A DNA stretch of 64,000 nucleotides from a virus. The notes beneath the pieces were generated by a model that made no database searches, was not told where the DNA came from, and worked only from the letters and a program-made list of their open reading frames with translations. Made by a program: the position numbers and the translations under genes. The stretch is taken from positions 16,968 through 80,967 of IMG/VR virus record IMGVR_UViG_3300036845_000456, one strand, 5' to 3'. Shown in pieces: positions 60,798 through 64,000 of this stretch; the stretch's first letter is position 1, and each line of letters begins with the position of its first letter.

Positions 60798-61664
60798 TTA
60801 CTCCGTGCCAATATACTCTGCGTCAGAGCCGTTGCCGCCGCGTTCAACGATCGTGCGGCTGGTGGCTGGCAACGCTAGATCAACATCAGCAAGCAGACCG
60901 TCCATCTCACGACGTTTCACTTCCTCATTGAACCACATCAAGATGTCGGCTGTGTCCTGATCAAAGAAAACCGGCTTTTCATAAGCCTTTTGCTGGACCG
61001 CGCGACCTTGCAGTTTGACCACGCTGCGGAAGTCGGCGTCATTATCGGCAACGATCTTGAACGAGCCGTATGGGCCGCCACGCTCGCCACGCCAATCGCC
61101 GATACCAACGATCACGCCGGCTGCTCCGAGCAAGTTACTGATCGTTCGCTCGCTTAGTACGTTCTTCATGTACTGGATCGAAATGCGACACGCCCACTGT
61201 GGAAAGATCGGCCGCGTGCGCACATCCGGCGTCCGATTCATGTCAGAATTTCGAACCATCGCAGAAAAGATTTGCGGCACGCCATATAAGTCGATGGTGA
61301 CATCCATGATTTTCGTCAAGCGCTCGATTTGCGCGCGCTTGGCGCCAGGAATATCGATCGCCGCTTGTGCCAAGCTCCCATGCAAGGCGCCATTGGGAAC
61401 GTGAAACAACGTCTTTTCTGGTTTGCGGCAGAGATAGAACGAACTGCGATATTCCTTGAGCGGATCATGCTTGAGCCGCTGTTCCAAACTGGCGCGGTTC
61501 TGTTGCGGTGATGGCAAAATCAGTTCCTGCCAAGCCTTGAACGGAAACCGGTGCATGATCAGCGGCGACGTGCCAAGCAAGTTGGCGCGCACTTCGCCCA
61601 TTTTGATCTCTTGGACTTCGATTTGCGTCGTTTCGGTCTTTTTACGTGCCGGTGCTTTAGCCAT
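60798..61664 (-). CDS. Stand-alone Cas7-like RAMP protein A
   Basis: N-terminal L.GTSPLIMH, HVPNGALHG, VR..DVRTRP.F..W, and Gly-rich loop AGVIVGIGDWRGERGGPYGSF. Confidence 0.8.
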   Translation of the reverse strand: MAKAPARKKTETTQIEVQEIKMGEVRANLLGTSPLIMHRFPFKAWQELILPSPQQNRASLEQRLKHDPLKEYRSSFYLCRKPEKTLFHVPNGALHGSLAQAAIDIPGAKRAQIERLTKIMDVTIDLYGVPQIFSAMVRNSDMNRTPDVRTRPIFPQWACRISIQYMKNVLSERTISNLLGAAGVIVGIGDWRGERGGPYGSFKIVADNDADFRSVVKLQGRAVQQKAYEKPVFFDQDTADILMWFNEEVKRREMDGLLADVDLALPATSRTIVERGGNGSDAEYIGTE

Positions 61665-62044
61665 GGTGGTTTTGTATCCTTCGGGTTTTATGCACGAGCG
61701 GCGGCACGATCGCCCGTCAGAGAGATCGTGCCGCCTATCTCGCGCGAGAGTTAGGATTAAAGCCTGACGGGCAGCGCTGAATTTGCAGTGTCAACCGAAT
61801 GTTGTCAACTCTGCAATATATGCGTATAGGCCAAACGACGGCGCATCGCGCCCGGCGGGCAGGTGGCGCGTAACAAATAACGGCCCGCAGTCGGCTCGCG
61901 TGGTGTCCACTTTCGCACTGCGCGGCGCGCCGATGTCGGGGCGGCCGGCTCTGATCGCCGGGCGCGGCGAATGCAAAACGTTGCGTGGGCCTACATGCCC
62001 CTGCCCCTTCCATCGGCTTAACCCCATACGCGAGCTTGCCCCAA

Positions 62045-62320
62045 ATGATCCGCGAAGATTTCATCGTTGAGGGAATAGTGTTCAACGTCACGATCGCGAT
62101 GCCCGCGCACGCAACAGGCTGGTTTAGCGTCAACGTCTGCGGCCCGGGCAAGCGCCGCAAGCTCCGCGAATATTGCCTCGGATGGAACGGAGAACGGTTC
62201 GCGCACAGCGGAGCGCTGCAAGAGCTTGAGCGCTACCACCCCAACGTCCTGCCGCAAATTTTGCAATGGCTGCAAAGCCCGGAGATGCGCGAGGCATTGA
62301 GCACAGCAACCAATAAGTGA
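62045..62320 (+). CDS. Hypothetical protein
   Basis: LGWNGERFA motif. Confidence 0.45.
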   Translation: MIREDFIVEGIVFNVTIAMPAHATGWFSVNVCGPGKRRKLREYCLGWNGERFAHSGALQELERYHPNVLPQILQWLQSPEMREALSTATNK

Positions 62321-62676
62321 TCCCGTGATTTTTGGGTTGTGCGCCTCGCCCCCATTCCCACGCTATATTCTGTCCTTCCCCCATTATTCGCGCAAAAGCG
62401 GGGAAAAGCGGGGAACAGCGGGTGGCCACGAGGCGCCCCCATTTCTTCGTAACTACCTTCCCTTCAGGAAGGAAGAAGAAAAGGGGGAAGACCATCCCCC
62501 CCTTTTTCTGCTTCGCTTCGCTGAAAAAGGGGGGTTCAGGTGTAGTTACGAAGAACCAGTGGCGCCGAGCCAAAAATTCCGCGCTTTGCCCCTCGGTTGC
62601 ACTTCCAGAGAAAAGTTAAGCCAATTGTCGGCAAACTCTTGACTCGGATTGTAGTCCTGCGTCAGAAATCGCGTTC

Positions 62677-63189
62677 ATGGTCGGGCAAGCCACAAAACGT
62701 TGGATCGTTGTGCGCACGCGTGGCGGTCGGGAAAACTGGGCTCTGGAAAATGCCACCGCGCAAAAATTCGAGTGCTACTTGCCGAAAATCCTCGAACGCG
62801 TGACCTTCAACGATCAAAAACTCTCCGTCGCTCGACCGCTGTTTCCGAGCTACATGTTCGTCCTCGCCGATCGCTGGCGCGTCTTGCTCTCAACTTTCGG
62901 AATTGTCGGAATCGTCATGCGCGGTAGCGAGCCCGATTGCTTGCCCAATCGCGTGATCCATGATCTACGCGAACGCGAAGGCGACGACGGAATTATCGTC
63001 CTGCCAAAACCAAAAGCAGTTCTCGGTCCCAACTCTCAGGTGCAAATCCTCAAAGGTCCGTTCCAAGGCCATGCCGGCGTCATCGCCAACATGCGCCCAC
63101 ACGAACGGGCTCGCGTGCTGCTCGACTTCCTCGGACGCAAGACCGACGTACTGATCGCCAACTCCGATCTCGCCTTGATCGCCGCTTGA
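62677..63189 (+). CDS. NusG/RfaH-family transcription antiterminator (phage paralog)
   Basis: W.VV.T, YLP, PLFPSYMFV, STFGIVGIV NGN domain; V.ILKGPF.G KOW motif; VLLDFLGR. Confidence 0.9.
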   Translation: MVGQATKRWIVVRTRGGRENWALENATAQKFECYLPKILERVTFNDQKLSVARPLFPSYMFVLADRWRVLLSTFGIVGIVMRGSEPDCLPNRVIHDLREREGDDGIIVLPKPKAVLGPNSQVQILKGPFQGHAGVIANMRPHERARVLLDFLGRKTDVLIANSDLALIAA

Positions 63190-63260
63190 AAGATTTCCAG
63201 TACGTGCCGTGTCGAACAATTCTGGTGCGAGCTTGATCCCAGTGGGTAACCAGCGCTGGT

Positions 63261-63268
63261 GCGGTAGC
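63261..63268 (+). promoter_or_regulatory. ops-like element GCGGTAGC
   Basis: Matches the core of the RfaH ops site; 72 nt downstream of the NusG paralog, ahead of the late genes. Confidence 0.45.
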
Positions 63269-63273
63269 TTGTG

Positions 63274-63310
63274 AAAAACCCGATGGCAACAATCAAGTCA
63301 CCATCGGGTT
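63274..63310 (-). terminator. Rho-independent terminator after the orphan GGY-NN unit
   Basis: Minus strand AACCCGATGG..CCATCGGG followed by TTTTT. Confidence 0.6.
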
Positions 63311-63320
63311 CTCATATTCG

Positions 63321-63436
63321 GCCTGCCTTGACCAGCCTCGGCCCGATTTGCCTGACCGGGCATCGCCATTTCTGGCCTCACCGCGCTACACGTGCCGCGC
63401 CGCTTCCGGCCGCACCATGCCCCGCCTGCCATGCCT
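63321..63436 (-). repeat. Orphan single GGY-NN unit flanked by GGCAGGC
   Basis: Begins AGGCATGGCAGGC like the main array and ends GGCAGGC plus a terminator. Confidence 0.75.
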
Positions 63437-63449
63437 AAGTGATTTGTCT

Positions 63450-63782
63450 ATGCCAGATCAACCCGATCATCTCAACCGGTCAGCACCATGGCGACGATGG
63501 TATGGGCTACGATCTTGGCGCCGACGTGCGCGCGCCCAACTCATAAGCGAGCCATGGTGCGAAAGCTGTAAACGGAAAGGCGCCGCTGTTGCTGCAACTA
63601 CCGCTGACCACATCCAAAGGCATGCAGGCAACTATGAGCAATTCCACTTCGGTCGGCTGCAAAGTTTGTGCACGAATTGCCACAATCAAGACAAGGCTTT
63701 CGCGGAACATCGTGGCTTCACGAAGGGCACTGACGTTGATGGCTTTCCGCTCGATGAAGCGCACTTCTGCTACCGCGACTGA
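63450..63782 (+). CDS. Terminase-associated HNH endonuclease (HK97 gp74-like)
   Basis: WY...W...R..QL..EPWC..C..ADHI..H..LQSLC..CH..K..D.DG.P.D..H. Confidence 0.9.
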   Translation: MPDQPDHLNRSAPWRRWYGLRSWRRRARAQLISEPWCESCKRKGAAVAATTADHIQRHAGNYEQFHFGRLQSLCTNCHNQDKAFAEHRGFTKGTDVDGFPLDEAHFCYRD

Positions 63783-64000
63783 GCGCACCACCTACACCAC
63801 CCCACATCAGCAAAACCATCGTTAATCTAAGGTTGAGTGACTAAGGCAGCCTTTACCACTCAACCGCAAATAGCGATTTGGTATCGTGGTATAGCACACT
63901 TAGCTCCATGGTACTTCTTGGGGGATGGCTAAATCTTCAATGATATCAAGGGGATGGGGGGATCTCGTTTTTGATCCGGTCGCCAATCCCGCGAGCGCGG

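Noticed and set aside
62921-62928. Second GCGGTAGC inside the NusG gene
   Set aside because: It lies within coding sequence, and an 8-mer can occur by chance at this GC content.
1-64000. Canonical CRISPR array or cas operon
   Set aside because: No 25-45 nt direct repeats with unique spacers and no cas1/2/3/5/6/10-like genes were seen; only two isolated RAMP genes.
1-64000. Diversity-generating retroelement, retron, tRNA or IS
   Set aside because: No reverse transcriptase (YxDD context), TR/VR pair, cloverleaf or transposase was recognised by eye.
63945-64000. Possible cos site after the HNH gene
   Set aside because: The position and G-runs are suggestive, but the window ends here and no cut site can be defined.

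Overview
Most of a GC-rich tailed phage genome (or prophage), probably infecting an alphaproteobacterium (inferred from gene content and GC). It runs from the head-tail connector through a Mu-like contractile tail and lysis module (1-25.6 kb, + strand), a leftward early operon with AAA/VWA genes (25.6-35 kb), small-ORF regions, YqaJ recombination, Cro, VRR-NUC and AAA_25 helicase genes, Mom-like and DndB-like genes, and a NusG paralog, and ends at a terminase-associated HNH gene. Terminase, portal and integrase/CI are not seen. The most striking content is two stand-alone Cas7-like RAMP genes, with no CRISPR array and no other cas genes, each next to its own short-period array. (A) RAMP 60798-61664 plus an accessory gene is followed by a ~1.65 kb non-coding GGY-NN pentamer array cut into ~21 units by GGCAGGC; an orphan single unit lies at 63321-63436. 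(B) RAMP 38863-39519 is preceded by a CGYC-NN hexamer array, and three more phase-locked CGYC-NN arrays are embedded in unrelated genes. Both look like candidate RNA-guided systems that use a gapped dinucleotide code. Other notable points: tandem paralogous tape-measure genes carrying peptidoglycan-hydrolase domains, a -1 frameshift in the tail chaperone, a repeated UUGGAG-loop hairpin with complementary leader motifs, and a GTCAAC-N5-GTTGAC operator family. All family assignments are by motif recognition; no searches were run.
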